DNA from: Lama guanicoe
Lineage: Eukaryota
Direction: 5' to 3'
Length of the DNA stretch: 64,000 nucleotides
Assembly (NCBI GenBank): GCA_013239625.1
Contig: MU053881.1
Coordinates: forward strand, 7,215,957-7,279,956
Both the position numbers and the translations under genes were made by a program. The notes beneath the pieces were generated by a model. It made no database searches. It was not told the origin of the DNA and saw only the letters and a program-made list of their open reading frames with translations. Of this stretch, positions 1-14,135 are shown in pieces; position 1 is the stretch's first letter; each line of letters begins with the position of its first letter.

Positions 1-578
1 CTGCCTCCAAATTCAAGAATTCCAGGGGGCTCAGCAGGACAGAGAAAGGGGGGAGCGGCAGGAGGCAAGGGGAGGTCAGCTAATTACCAATTACCAGGTC
101 CTTTGCAAGCACAGAGGCTCCACCTGAATGATAAATGTTGCCATTTTGCCAACTGCGGATGTTCCTACTTGCAAATCTGGAGAATTCTCCAAGGGAGCAG
201 CAGATTGCTTATCCCACAAAACTTCCACCCCAGCTCACATCCTTGACTGGCTAAGGGCTACAGGATAAAGTTCTTTCTGGCAAACTTCAAAACACACGTT
301 GCATAACATCTATGCAAATAATGGAGAGTGGAAACTTTTAAAAACAAGTTATAAGTATATTTACCAGAACAGAGTTATTTACATTTTTGTAGCATTCTAT
401 GCCTCACTTAATGCTCCTAGTCTTCTGTGAAGCCGTCTTATCCTCTGTTTATCAGATAAGAAAACAGCAGCTCAAAGAAGTATGGAAAGATGCCAAAGGT
501 CACAAAAGCAAAGTGCAAAAAGGAATGAGTAAGGGCTTAATGACAAGTTTCCTGACTCAAAATTCCCCTTGTACGTGA

Positions 579-636
579 GTGTGTGTGTGTGTGTGTGCGC
601 GCGCACGCACGCGTGCGCACGCATACCTGCGTGTGT
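579..636. repeat. (GT)n microsatellite running into (GC)/(CA) alternating purine-pyrimidine sequence
   Basis: gtgtgtgtgtgtgtgtgtgcgcgcgcacgcacgcgtgcgcacgcatac. Confidence 0.9.
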
Positions 637-2743
637 TCATATATGTTGGCCAATATCTTAGCACCTAAGATAAAGGCTGCAGCCTTATGCTAGAAAAATG
701 TGTTTTCTGTATAGGTCCTTTATTATTATGAAAAAACACACAAACACTATAGAAAATTTAGCAAACATATGAAAGCATGAATAACAAAGTAAAAAACTAG
801 CTTCCCACCTAGGCACGTCATGTTTAAAACCAAATAGCTCTCAACCTGAATCACCCTCAGCCTGGTTTTCCTACCCAGTCCTACGCTTGCACAAACAGAG
901 GAGGTGACAGAGACGGGCACGGTCTGGTGGCGAACAGCACAGAGAGCCAGAGAGCCTGCGTGAGAACTCTAGTTCTGATAGGTGGGGGCTCTGTGTCTTC
1001 AGGCAAGAGATTTAGCCTCTCTAATCACAGTTTCCATGTCTGTAAAACAGAGTCTAATTATATCTGCAGAGTAAGACTGACAGGAGAGAGCCACAACTTA
1101 GTGGCTGCTGTGACAATAAGCTTTATATACGTATTTGTTAAGTAAAAGGGATACCCAACTGCAACACACAAATTCCAAGCTCCCTTCCAAATGATTTCCT
1201 TTGGAAGAACTACAGGAATATATCAGATACATAAAAAAAGATAGGTTATTTCCAATCACACATCTCTGTGGAATGCGTTGGTACAATTTAAGGAAGGCAC
1301 AGAGGGTTAGGTTCTGGTTTCAGCTCTGCTAGGTATTAGCTGTGTGACCACACACAAATCACTTAACCTCTCTGAGCACGTGAGTCTGTAACCTGAGATA
1401 ACTCTGCCAGCCTAGGAGGATACTATAAAGAGTAAAATTCTTAACTGTTAAGGGTTGATTTACTCATTCCTGTTACTATTATGAAAGTAATAGCCAATAT
1501 CAACCTTATCATGATAATTAAACATATCAGGCCTGGTCCCAGATGTAACACTAAGTTCATTAAGAAAGCCCTGACTTGACAAGGTGCACTAGTTCCAGAT
1601 CATCCATCTAACAGAGTCAGCTTGTTTTGAATCTGAATATAATCACTGACATGATTTTTATTTACCATTATTTCTTGGCATTCCAGGTGAATGCTATTAT
1701 GGTTCTACTTGCATGAATTAGGCATCATGTTCTCTGAGGCTCTACCTCTTAAGCCATAAAATGGTAGGATTCACTCCTCGGAAGCAACAGATACCTTAGG
1801 CAATGCAGACACTTGACTGGAATTCTCTCTGGAAAGCCACCTTCTAAAGCTGCACCCCAGCTACGCAAATGCTGAAGGCTGATGTTACTGCAATTTGTGT
1901 TAGCATTTTTTTCCTCAAAAGCAGAATAAAATTAAAGCTAAAGAAATGAGTGAACTGAATAGAAAGGTCATTGGGGTTACAGCAAAGCTCTCAAATAGTA
2001 GTTGCCTAGTCCCAAGACCTAGGGCGTACATGGCAGTCTGAGCAGACACAGAAAAACTCCTCCAGCTCCTCTGGGGCTTTTTTAAAAAAAACATTATCCC
2101 TCTGTTCACAAGGGGCCATCTCAGTATTATTAAGTTCCTTGCAGCAAAGGGGCAAACTATTCTGGTTGTGCACTATCCAACTGAGGAACTTAAAAGTTCA
2201 GTTAGGATTTTGGGAAAAGACTGCCATGAACGTGTTTACAACCTGTTCAGAACAGTGAACTCTGATCGTCAGCAAAAGCAATCATCTCAGTGCACTTCGT
2301 GGGCACAGGGATGTACTCCCATCTCTGAAAGCCGCTTCTCCCGAGCACTTCCTCTCCACAGGGGCTAAGTAAGGGCTCTGATGAAATGAGTTTGGAAAAT
2401 ACTGGGCTAAACAAAGTTAAACAGACATCTTTACTGGATGTCGGAATTCTCGGAGCTTTTAAGGTAGATGTCAAATTCCTAAGGGAGGGAGAAAAGCTGG
2501 CAGAGTTCCCTGTGTGAAGGTGACCACAGAACTGTTGACCTGGGGCCTGAGCTTCCATGAAATGGGTTTGGAAAAGTATGGCTTATACATAATCCTCATC
2601 TTTTAAAAATACTGTAATGGTCCTCCATCACTCAAAAATCCCGGCTCATTGATTTTTCTGGATAGCCTTTTGAAACTTGAGGTTATAAAGGCAAAAAAAA
2701 AAAATATGAATAAAGAAAAATAAAGATTACATGCTGTTAGGGC

Positions 2744-2781
2744 AGCCGGCTGGCCAGGCTGGTGAGAGCGGGGTGCTTATC
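2744..2781 (+). pseudogene. Degenerate 5' half of a tRNA-Ile(AAT)-like sequence, a putative tailless retrocopy
   Basis: AGCCGGCTGGCCAGGCTGGTGAGAGCGGGGTGCTTATC aligns by eye to GGCCGGTTAGCTCAGTTGGTTAGAGCGTGGTGCTAATA and stops at the anticodon loop. It is flanked by the direct repeat AAGATTAC (2723 and 2782). Confidence 0.55.
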
Positions 2782-5454
2782 AAGATTACGCAGCGTTTCT
2801 TGTTAGAAAATGATGATCTTGAATGTTATAATCCAAAGCTTCACATCAGGAGCAATATGGAGTTAGTCCAAATCACACACACAAGCAGGATTTCCTGAGT
2901 GCTTTCCCCATTCTAGACACTTTTTTGGCTTACATTGTGTTCACTTCCGTTGACCCGACATTTCTTCCTTCATGGCAGTTAAGTCTCTGGCATTGGGACT
3001 CCTTTTTTAAACATTTGCAGAAGGAATTGGAAAATAAATTACCAAGAGGGACAAATAGTATGCTTGCAAAGGTAATTGAGAAAGTATTTCTACGATCTGA
3101 GTGAAGACCTAACAAAGTGAATCTTAGTTCATTGAGCAAACTCTCTCACTACGTATTTTGACAAGAGCTGCCGATCTCCAGGAAAACAGCTTTCTGCTAC
3201 TGGGCTCGGAGGAGCTCCAGGTGTCCTTGAGTGGAGGTCAGAAAACTGAGAACAGGGTCCACATAGATCATGGTGAGCTCAGCCATTCAGCTTTTAGGGT
3301 TCCTGTAAGCCCAAAGGAAGGGCCAAGTCCCAGCCATAAATTAAATCTAAGGAAACAGGAATGAGGACAGAGCAGATGTGCTCTCAAGGGTTACACTGTC
3401 CATCACCTGCCTTTGGGGCTGGGCTATTGCCTTTCATGATTTCAGTGGAATTCTTCAGCTGACTTACAGCTATGCCAGTAACTCAGTAAGTGATGTGTGA
3501 GCTTCCTGAGTGGTACAGACAGTGAGATCTTAGGTTAAGTTTACCTCCCAAGGGTGAGTGCCAGCCAGCAAACTGCTGAACCAAGAAAGAAAGAAAGAAA
3601 GGGCGGGGTCAGGGGAAGCACCTTTTCAGCTTTGCCCAAATCCAACCAGTTTCTGCAGTTCTACTGTCAACTCTCAGAGAAAGCGTTTTCTCCCCTCTTG
3701 GCATTTCCAAAATCAAAGTATGCAAACGAGTGCCCACACAGCTAATTGCGTATCATTATGTCTTACATACTATTGTATTTTATTGTATTACATTATATTT
3801 TGTACAATAATAATTACATAATCACCGTCATGTGCGGCAGTATGGATGGTGGTGAAGAGCTGAGGCTATGAAATCAGACTGTGGAATCTGAACCCAGCTC
3901 TTTCTCCTACTATGTGATGTGTCCCAAGTTGCTAAATTCTGAAAAAAAAAATCTTTTTCTCAGTGTTCTATTCAATGCCAATAAAATAGTCCCTAACTCA
4001 TTAAGTCATTTTGTAGATTAAATAACATAGTTCACATAAAGCGTTGGGCTCTAGATTTAAGAATGTCGATGACAATTATTACCAGGGTATATACTCATGA
4101 TTCACAGAAAGTGTAGTCGTTTGGTGTAATTTCAGAAAAATTAAGGAGGCAAAAAAAAAAGAGTTCAATAAAACCCTCCCCACTAATCCTTTCCACTAAT
4201 ACTAATCTGCTGGTTAATGTTTAAGCTTCTACTTTTAAAGAACCATCAAATTTAACGTCAGGTTCCTGATCTCTGTTAACATGCAAACACTCCGGGGAAG
4301 AATCATGTTTCAGCTGCTCTCGGTTGCCTACACATTAGCAGATTTCACAGGGGATCAAAGAACTGCCGGGGAGGAAAAGGCCACGATGACAGGGCTTACC
4401 CAAAGAAAGGCAGTGACACAAACCAAGGCAGGTGAGCCATGATTACTGCAACAAAAACACGTCAGGAAAACCCTGTTCACCATACACTGGCCCCTTCTCT
4501 AAACTATTAACGACCACTTTCACGTCCACATCAAATTAACATGTGCTGGGGAATCAGGGTCAAAGCAAAGCCAGACAGTCGACTTTAGAGAACAGGTCAG
4601 GTACCGCCAGCCCAGACTGTACTGATGGGCTCAGTAGCCTTGGCTGTTACTTTTTAGTCTGGGGTTAAGAGGAAGTAAAATTTGATGAGTGTGGTTAAGT
4701 TTGTGTCTAGCCATTTATTTCCATGGAGTTAAGTCAACTTAATAAATCTTCATAAACCTTGGAGGAGAGCATAGTCCGGTCAGAGAGTAAGAAACAGGGT
4801 GTCCAGAGACTCGTCTGGGCCTCAGCTCTGCACCACATTTATGGTGTGACTCTGGAGAGGTGCATGGGGCTTCTCTGGGCCCCAGTTACCTCAATCTCAA
4901 ACAGCAAGGTGAGCAATCTCACCTCCAGAACACTGTTTTAAATTTAAAGTTACATTTAAAATCAACGATCAACTCCACAAGCAATATGAAGTGATGGTGT
5001 CCTTGTGACACAGCTGAAATGTGACAGTTAATGTCATCCTTCACCACTATATCAAGTGCCAACCCATCCCTTCAATCCAGCTTAACCCTTGTTACCAGTT
5101 TGGTGAATATCCTTTTGCCTCCTGTCTCTATATACTTATTTAGAAGGTTTTTACAATAGGTTTTAAATTAGCTTGCATTTTTTAAGTAACCTAAACATTA
5201 CGATATCGGACAATATTCTGAGCATTGTTTTTTCCTTTCCCCCTCGAGACGTATCTAGGAGATCTGTCCATTTCAGTACATACAGATCTTTCACGTTCTT
5301 CTAACTGCAGGATGGTGCACCTTAGGATGAATGTCATTCTCTTGGTGGGCATTCCTGTGGTTTTCTGTGTTGTGTGACATTACAAACAGAGCTGCAATAC
5401 CCTTGTGCAAATATGTGAGTGATTTTCTAGATTAGATACTGAATCACTGGGGTA

Positions 5455-5574
5455 TAGACAGAGTGTTATTTATCATCCACATACAGACATTTTAAAAAGA
5501 TATTAATAATTATACCAGTGAAACAGACAGAAGCTAGGACTACCCCAGGCAAATCAGAATGTATGGTCTTCCTA
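5455..5574. mobile_element. MER94-like hAT-Blackjack MITE inside old L1-like sequence (about 5000-5700)
   Basis: atttatcatccac...tattaataattatacc...ggactaccccaggcaaatcagaatgtatggtcttccta. Confidence 0.6.
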
Positions 5575-7169
5575 GTCAAGGAGCTTCTATTTAAAAAAAA
5601 AACTGTAATTGATAGTGACAAATGCTATCCAAAGCAAACTGAATGAGATATTTTTAAGCTTTCAAATTCTATTATCTGAAGTTTGACTTTTTCCTCCCAA
5701 AAGGAAGGATAGAGTATCAAAAGCTTATGCTAATCCTCAGATGCCAGCTAAACACCTTTCCTTGCTGAAAGGCAGAGTTCATTAAGAGAGGGCACACACC
5801 AGCTCAGAGCTGCTGCCAATCCTAGCTTTGATAGGCTGTAAGCCCTCTGCCCTGGAACACGGTGCCATTCTCTATTTAACCTCCCACTGCAGTTTCCAGA
5901 ATGAAAGTACCGATGGAGGGGAAAGACCGGCTTTAGCACATTTTTTTCCTTAAAATTACCCGTCTTATCTTCACTGCAAGGTCATCATTTTCTACGTGGT
6001 TGGACCAGAATAAGGCCCTTTCTGAGTGTGCCACTGTGGCTTCTGTCACCTTCAATGACTTTTCCTGTGGCCTCCCTTAAGGACACATTCTCTTCTCTAC
6101 TTCTCTTGTTCATGCATATCTCGTTTCTTTGGTACTTTCTAATCTTTCAAAACCACTAAAAAACAGCAAACAATCAAATAATCAGCAAATGATGGTCGAA
6201 ATTTCACTTTACCCTACAATTCTCTTGATTGGAAATCAAAGATTATCAGCAGAGCCTCTCTCTTCAATAAAAAGCTTTGCAGACATAAAAGAGATATGAT
6301 GGTTTTCATTATAAAGTAATTTGCTCCACTGGTCTCCACAGGAATTAGCACCAGAGCTCCAACTTTGCACCAAAGGGAACTCTAGAATTCCTACCTTGAC
6401 TACTGGAAAAATCTGTAAGCAACAGGGATTACTGATATCAGGGTGCAAAACGAGTGGAACTAGTCCATTCACTTATATTTCTTGAGCTTTAGAGCATCCA
6501 GCACTCGTGACTACCATGGGAGATTAGCAGTTGTATAAACACGATCTGGTCAACCAAGAGTTCATAGTCTAGTTGGGGAGCCAACACCGGTCAGAGCAAA
6601 TAACACAGGTACCAGAAGCCCCTGGAGTCCCTAGCCAGACTGGTTGCTGTGGATTTTCCTTCACTAGAAAGGATGCCTTTTTCCCCAGGAAGTGCTGTGA
6701 TTTGGTGGCTTAATTACATCACCCTTACTTGCTTTAAACCGTGGGTAATGAGGGAGCTAATACACGTCCCTGTCTTCTGCCCAGACTCTCAGAGATCCGG
6801 CCTTTTTGCAATGAATAAATTCAGTCTTCAATTTGGAAGAGTAAGAATAAAGGTGGCTGCGTCACTTTTCAGGATAGCGGTTAAGGGCATGGGTGCCAAA
6901 GCCTGATGCCTATTTCTTTCAAGTTTGGGCTCCATGACTCTGTGACTCTGTGACTTGGGCATATGAATAACACTTCTACACATCAGCTTTCCCAACTGAA
7001 AATAGAGATAAAATAGTACAATCTTGTATATTTTGTACATATACCTTCTATATTCTGAAGATTAAATGATCTAATATAGTCTAAATTATTGGTTTTGGCA
7101 CGTAAATGGGCTCAACAGCCTAGTTGCTACTGTTAAAAGCAACATCCCACACGTTAGAATGTTATTTAA

Positions 7170-7395
7170 CAACCTCTAACCTGATTTAACCCATTCTGTG
7201 CCAGGTGCTATTCTAAGCATTTAAAATGAATTACGAATTAACTTATTTGAGCCCCTAACAATCGTACAAGACGGGTACTAGCATTACCCTCATGTTACAG
7301 ACGAGGGAACGGAGGCACCGAAAGTTTGCCCAATGGCTAGCCAGTGGCAGAGCCACGTTTCAAACCTAATGCTCTTAACCTCTGCACCACGCTGC
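7170..7395 (-). mobile_element. MIR SINE. Representative of many copies, e.g. near 400-560, 1300-1440, 3840-4080, 6870-7130, 21470-21590, 26830-26960, 27650-27910, 36520-36745, 42640-42830, 51420-51615, 56660-56815 and 56940-57150
   Basis: tgtgccaggtgctattctaagcattt...ttacagacgagggaacggaggcac...gctcttaacctctgcaccacgctg. Confidence 0.75.
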
Positions 7396-8990
7396 TCTCG
7401 CCACTCCGAGGGGCACTAGGGAGGTCTCCTCAGTTCCAGAACAAGGATAACTGGGAGGGCCAGGAACACAGTGTGACCAGAGAGACACTGACAAAAGGGC
7501 CTCTGCCCGGAGGCAGATCCACATGTGCGCAGACGTGGATCCTAAGCGACAGGTTCTGTTTTGACAAACACACCTAGAATTACTCCGCCCCACACCTGGG
7601 CAGCAGACAGCTTGTTTACAGTGGGCTTTTTGTGACCCATACACTCTTGGGGGCTCTCCTGTCAGAATCCTGGCAGCTTATGCTTCAGCCAGGCAGAGGA
7701 TAACATGGGTGTCAGGAAGCCCCCAAGCCCAGTTTCAATTCTCGTTAACTGCCGGGACGACCCTCTGTTCTGCCGTGAGAGTCCCCCATGTTATATTCGA
7801 ACATAAACATGAGAAAATGAGGAAAGGCGCATCAAACACCTTTTTAAATATTTCTGGTCTCGTGTGACATGTTCCTTAGAATCTTATTGAATTCAGCCAA
7901 AAAAAAAAAAATGTTGAGAGGTAGGATTTGCCCTGATAGACTGTTTTTCTTTTAAAACCAAATTATATTCTTTAATTAGATTCACTACAAGAATTTGAAA
8001 TCACCAAACTCCCACCTGGCATTTCTTGTGTTTACTTAACAGCTTGCTTTATGTGTATCATCTAGTTGCCTGTGTGGACTCTTCAGTAAAGCACCTTGAT
8101 CACTTTTCCTTGATGGTTTAAAATGGCTGAATGGATCGTAATGAACATTTCCATCAAATGTTGAAAACAGATCTAGATAATGGATGTCAATGGGGAAAGA
8201 ATCTACTCAACCCCAGGCAATGGAGGGCCCAGCTTTGTCTGCAGAAGTTTTACACTCATTGTGTGTACGTGTGTGTGCGCCCTCTGTCCACCCCTCAAAT
8301 GATTTCCCCATACGGTCAGGCAAATTAAGAATTAAGCCAACATCATTAACAATTTTAAGTGGTGGAATATGGTAGTTAGATGACCTCTGACAAGTGATTT
8401 AGTCTCACGGGTCTCAGCTTCCCATCTGTACAATGAGAGCTGTGGGTTAACTTAAGGGAGATGGATAACACAAAACAGATCTCCAATTAATATTACCTGT
8501 TCTTGTTGTGTTTGCTACTGATTTTTAGTCAAGATTTTCAAAGTACCAAAACCCAGCTTTAAGACTAGAATAGTCAGCATTAGTTCCTCCAAATATTATG
8601 CACTCTTTACTTGCTTTTGCTTAAAACAGTTCTCTCCTTATTCACGTCTGATTCATTTGGCTCTTACCCAAGATAATTTCTAGTTTTCTGGCTTTGTTGG
8701 TTTTATTAATTTGCACTAAATCTCTTAAAAAGTTCAAGCAGTGGGGCCTCAACTTCAAGGCCTGGCATGGATCGTAAACGGTGCTCGAGGGCAGACAGCT
8801 CGCTGGTCGCTGTCCAGGGTCTGAGAGTGCTCTGGGTTTGCTCCGTGATGACCCGGCCTCCTCTGGGTCCGCAGAGGTTCTCTTTGTCTGCCTGCTGGCT
8901 CTGGTCCAGGAGAGGCCACACTGGTGCCGTGGGAAGCCAGACAAGCACAGTGGTGCCAGGAGGTGAAGGGACTTCATAAATCATTTACTC

Positions 8991-9302
8991 CAAGGATTGC
9001 AAAATCTAAAATGTCTACAGGGACTGGCAGATCATGTGACCGAGTCTAGCTGACTGGGCACAAGAAGGTGTGATGGAGGAGAGGTGGTGAATGGCCCCAC
9101 CCCATCCAACGGGTGCAGAACTGTTCATGCCACAGGGACTGTGGGTTGCTGCCTTACAGGGAAGTGGGCTTGGTCACCACTGAGATGCCAGAAATCCAGA
9201 TGGTTTTCTATGTAGAATCTTTTGGTTTTAAAATGTTACCAATTCATTTAATTTTTCAGGCACTGTATAGGCCAAATTAAAAATAGCAGTTTGACACATC
9301 TG
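8991..9302 (+). mobile_element. MER102-like hAT-Charlie relic
   Basis: caaggattgcaaaatctaaaatgtctacaggg ... gccagaaatccagat ... ttttaaaatgtt ... gcagtttgacacatctg. Confidence 0.6.
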
Positions 9303-12300
9303 CTGGTTTTCACATTCTGATTTAGCCTTGGTCTTCTGAATCTAAATTTAGTGCTTTCCAATAATCCCTCTACCCAAGAGTGTAGGCTCGATAAAATAGG
9401 GCCCTGTCGGTCTGGTTCCCTGATGTACCCCAAGAGCGGTTCCTGACTCAAGAGTAGGCACTCAACATCGTTTCCTTTCTGAGTGGAGGAATCCATGAGA
9501 TTAATCCAAGAAGGGTTCAGGATGAGAAAAACCACTGACGTGGGTTATAAAGGAGTCATAAAGGGTAGGGTAAGGCTACTTGTGCTTGAGGGTAAAGCAT
9601 GAGGTTAAAAATCAACAAATTATGGGGTTTGGAGGAAAGCGGGTGAGAGAGAATCAAGGAGCTCGGTTGGAGCCAAGGTTTGCTTCAAAGGGCTGTCATC
9701 AGGATGTAGAATCCAGAAGATACCCATACCACAGAGCTTCTGGGAAATAAGGGTGTGCATTTTGTTTCTTCATTCAAAATCTTCGTTTGAAAGGGCATCC
9801 TCACAAACGCAGGGTGTCAGCCAACCTGTGGTGTGATGTGGGCCAAGACATCTGACTTTCCTGAAACTATTTCCTCATCTGTGGAAACTGACACGATCCC
9901 ACCTACTTTACCAGTTGGGCAGCAGACACCGAGGATTAAAAGAAAGACTGTTCTCAGAGTCTTTTGCTCAGTACACAGAAAGTCCTCAAATGAGATCAGA
10001 CTTGTGATTGTTATTATAATATCTGAGCATCGAATCCCTCATGGATAAAATGAGAGAGTTAGGCCAGTGAGATTCGTTTTTAGAACTATTTTGGTTAGAA
10101 GACGTCCAGGCAGAGGCTATGATAAGACCACTCCGCCCCCACCGAATCCAATGGCAAAGTCTGAAATAGCTCTGCGCATAAACTAACCACTCCCAGAAGG
10201 CCAGAAGTGTAAAAGCTGCCACAAATATCACAGGGGATTTCAGCATGCTTGTTGTTTTTACTTATTTCAAATTTTCTAGAGCTCCTTTTAGGTAATCCAT
10301 TTAGGTGATACCTTCTAAAGAGTCCAAGAAACTAGTTGAAAATAGGACCAGACTGCACTCCGCTGCCAGAGTTCCCTTGGCAATGAATGAGCTTGCTCTA
10401 TTCCCGGGGTATTCTTGGGAAAAGAGGAAGAAAGAGGAATCACAAACAGGTTCTGGTGAGGCTCTGTACTGCCCGAGCCGTATATCAAGCTGATAAATAA
10501 GACTCAAGAGGAAGCGGAATTTAAATGAAGCAACTCTGTATGCAAAGAAAAAGGTTATCTCTACTCTTGGGATGAGTACAGCCAAATAGTTTCCATTTGG
10601 AACCGCAAAGCTCTATAAACTTCAACAGCTCATTCCGACTCTCCTAGCACACTAATGAAATAGTAAAAGTATAGTTGTTCTTTAAATGTCTGTGCCCAAA
10701 ATGATGACCTGTTTCAAATGACAGGAAACTGGAGACAACATTTTACTGGTTATGAATGCATTCAGAAAGAAGGCTTGGGTTGGTGTCTGATGAGCGTTGA
10801 GAAGGCACTACAACTGAGGAACAATTTACTGCCAAGAAATCAATTTGAAAATCCTATACAAGATTATCACCCATTAAATTGTCTTTTCTTCAAAACTGCA
10901 GGCCCTAAAACGGTACTTCTGGGCAAGGAATTGTACAAACAATAAATGCTAATTAAGTAATCTATTCAAATGAGTTGATAGAAAGAAAAAAAAAAGGAAT
11001 TACCTTTTGTGAAAAAAAATCTCAACACTTGGCTATATTGCTGCCGCTTTGGGTCTTCCTTTCTTTATGAAAACTAAGTTGCGCTGAGCAGTAAGCCGGA
11101 CCACTCCATTCCCGTCACCTTCATACATCATGGGTATAACGCAGTGTGAATGAATATTCACACGTGGACTCACACACTCCGCCACACACAGTGGCGCATA
11201 AAGAATTCTGCTTCTGATGGAATGAATTTAAGTAGTCAGATCGTTATGTATTGTAGTACATGGTTTATAGGTGGAGGAGAATGTTGATGTCTGAAAAAGA
11301 TCCTAAAACACACACACATGCACACACATACTCATCACACAATAAACGATGAATCTGTGTGGGACTAAGACTATTAAAGACCTGTTACAAACAGAACCAC
11401 AATCCTGCAAGCCAATAGGTAACAGGGAAGCGCATGCAAATAAGAGCCACCCTTCAGCCAAGGATGCCAATGTATTGTCTAACCACAAATAAGGGATGGG
11501 CTGGTAGGGAGCTAAAACAAAAGGCATGGAAACAGAAGAAGACATGGTCACTTTTCTCATATTCACGGTCCCTCACATCATCAAGTCTTTTCGGGAGACA
11601 CTGGTTTGTAAAAGAACAAGGTGTCTGGTTGTTCCTCAGCCTGGGGCACATAAGTACCCAGTTAGGCCCCCTGATCTCCGAGATCTTGGGTGATGACACC
11701 ACGCTAGAGAAGACACCAGTTCTGACCCACCAAGCAGCAGGGAAATGAAGGCAAAGCGGCACTTAATGGCTCTGTCGCACTTTGGAAATGAAGACAATGG
11801 GGGCATTATTTTCCCCAACATTTGATCTGAATCAACTGTGGGTGGGGCTGTGTCCCTCCCTCCTATTTTTTTTTTCCCACTCACATTCACATTTTTATTA
11901 CACTTCTGAATACCTGTATAAATGAGAAAACGGCTGAATCATGTTCCATGCCACAATCTCAAACGTTAACTTGAAAACATTTAAATACTGATGAAACCTG
12001 GCTTCGATGTACAAAAGAAAATGAAGATGACACACGCATACACACAAAAGCTCTTAAGAGGTTAAACAGCACTGCGTTCCCCCACCCTGGTCCAACCATA
12101 TTCCAAAATGTTGATGTTACTGCATTTTAACTGATGTATAATTCTGTTTCAGTGCCACTATATTAATCCTATTGTGAAAAAAAAATGCCTGGAAGACATT
12201 TGTCTCTTTACCTCCTTCCCTGGTGTCCAGGCTTTCCAGGGCACTTGTGGATAGAAGTTGTTGACCCCAAACACCTCCTGCCTTGTGTTGGTTTTGCCTT

Positions 12301-14135
12301 TAGGCAAAGGGCATGAAGCCCATTTTTACCATTTGTGTGGCACCAACTTCTTGGCTAATTATGGGAAAGTTTAATGTTGTGCCCTTTAGCTTGAACACAG
12401 ACAGAAAAGCATTGACTATAAGCATTGATTTCACATCATGTGAAATGAAGCCTGAAGGGCATTATGTCCTCATAAAGCATAATTACCCCTAAAGTTTTAT
12501 CTCAAATTGTCTTAGAGGAACTCTCACCAGCAGGGTATAAACAGACTTGGAAAAATGTCACTGGCTATATGAAACATCCCCCAGTCCGGACATGGAGGGC
12601 AATTTTATGGACCTCTAAGTGGAGTGGGAACAGCTCTTAGTTCTCACAACTCCATGGCCTTGATGGCTTCTGAACACCATGGCATGAAAAGAGAAGTGAA
12701 GAGAGGGTTCTCTGATAAACAGCATTTGTACAAGATCTGTATGTGCACAGAATGCAACATACTTAATAAGGATCTTAAAGTTAGTGATTTTTTTCTAATC
12801 CTCCACTTCTATGTATAGCACATACCTGGCCTGTTACATAAATTAATGGAAGGCAGGTCATCAGTGTAAAATAAAATGAAATAAGAACACTCACAAAAGA
12901 GTAAGCCCCCAAAAGAAAAGAATTCACTGAGATACTAGCAAACTGAGCCACAGCTGCCTGCAAGTCTGTTAATGAGCATCAACAAAAGTAGAAATGCTTT
13001 TCGAGAGAGTTTTGGAGGCTCCCAAGGGTTTTGCTTGATACTCTTACCTCCGATCACTCACACCTCAAACATATGAAGGGCTCAGAGATTGTGTCTTGTC
13101 TAAGGGGGCAGAAGGTGAACCTACTCTGGGTGACAAACCAGGTGAGTGGGCCAGAGAGAGGACCTAAGGTCCAGAGAGATCAGAGACAGGGGGATGCCTG
13201 CCATGTTCTCTGGACAGCTACAGCCTGAAAAGGCCAGGGTCATCCATCCAAATTCCTCCAGGTTCCCACTTAATCTGCCTCTCTGCTTCCCTCACTCTTG
13301 CAGCTGGAGGCATGATGATTCATTCCAGGGGCCTGTTGGCCATGCCTCCTTCTGGGTCATCTGCTGTGATTGTGGCATATTGGTTTCACTCAGCACTAAA
13401 CACTTAGGCTACAAATCTCAGAGAAGCTCCCTGGCACAGAGGGGAAGGAGGCTGAAAACAGGTCAGTGATGTTTTATGAATCCGGCCTGAGAAAAAGTAA
13501 GCATGTCTCTAACTATAGGCAGCACAATCAATCAGCTAATATTTTTTTTAAAAAAAGTTAAAAGAGTAAGCAATAAATCAGCTGTGAGGGGTAGGTACTG
13601 TGCCATCGAACTGTCTTGAGGTGCAATTTTAAATGACTTTGTAATGACCTTGCCTACATAATTTCAGAGCTCCGAAGACATTTCCCTCACATATTCCATG
13701 CTGCAGCTCTCTTGGAAACATGTCCTGCTCCTCTCAGATGGCCACTTCTAACAATTAGATGCCTGAATGGAGACTCTCCTCTTTCTTATAAATGGACAGA
13801 CTTGGATCTGGATGTTTGGTTAGAATCATCGAAGGCTGAGAGAGCCCTCTGGGCCAGGAAGATGTGTCATTAGAACATATGGTTCAGCTGACACACCAGG
13901 CCACAGACATGGAAACAAGCGTGGCTCTGGTGCCATTAAAAGTAACTTTAAGTGTCCTCACTGCTATTTCATGGCAAACCTGCTCCAAGTGCTGAGAGAA
14001 ACGCACTCTGGTGACTTGTAGAGTCAAAAAGAAACAATGCTGGTGCAGGAGCTGAGTGGCTTTTTTGTAACTCAAGCTGTACAAGGGGCAACTGTGTGGC
14101 AGGAAAGCAGAGGAGAGGGTTAAGCCCAAGGAAAG

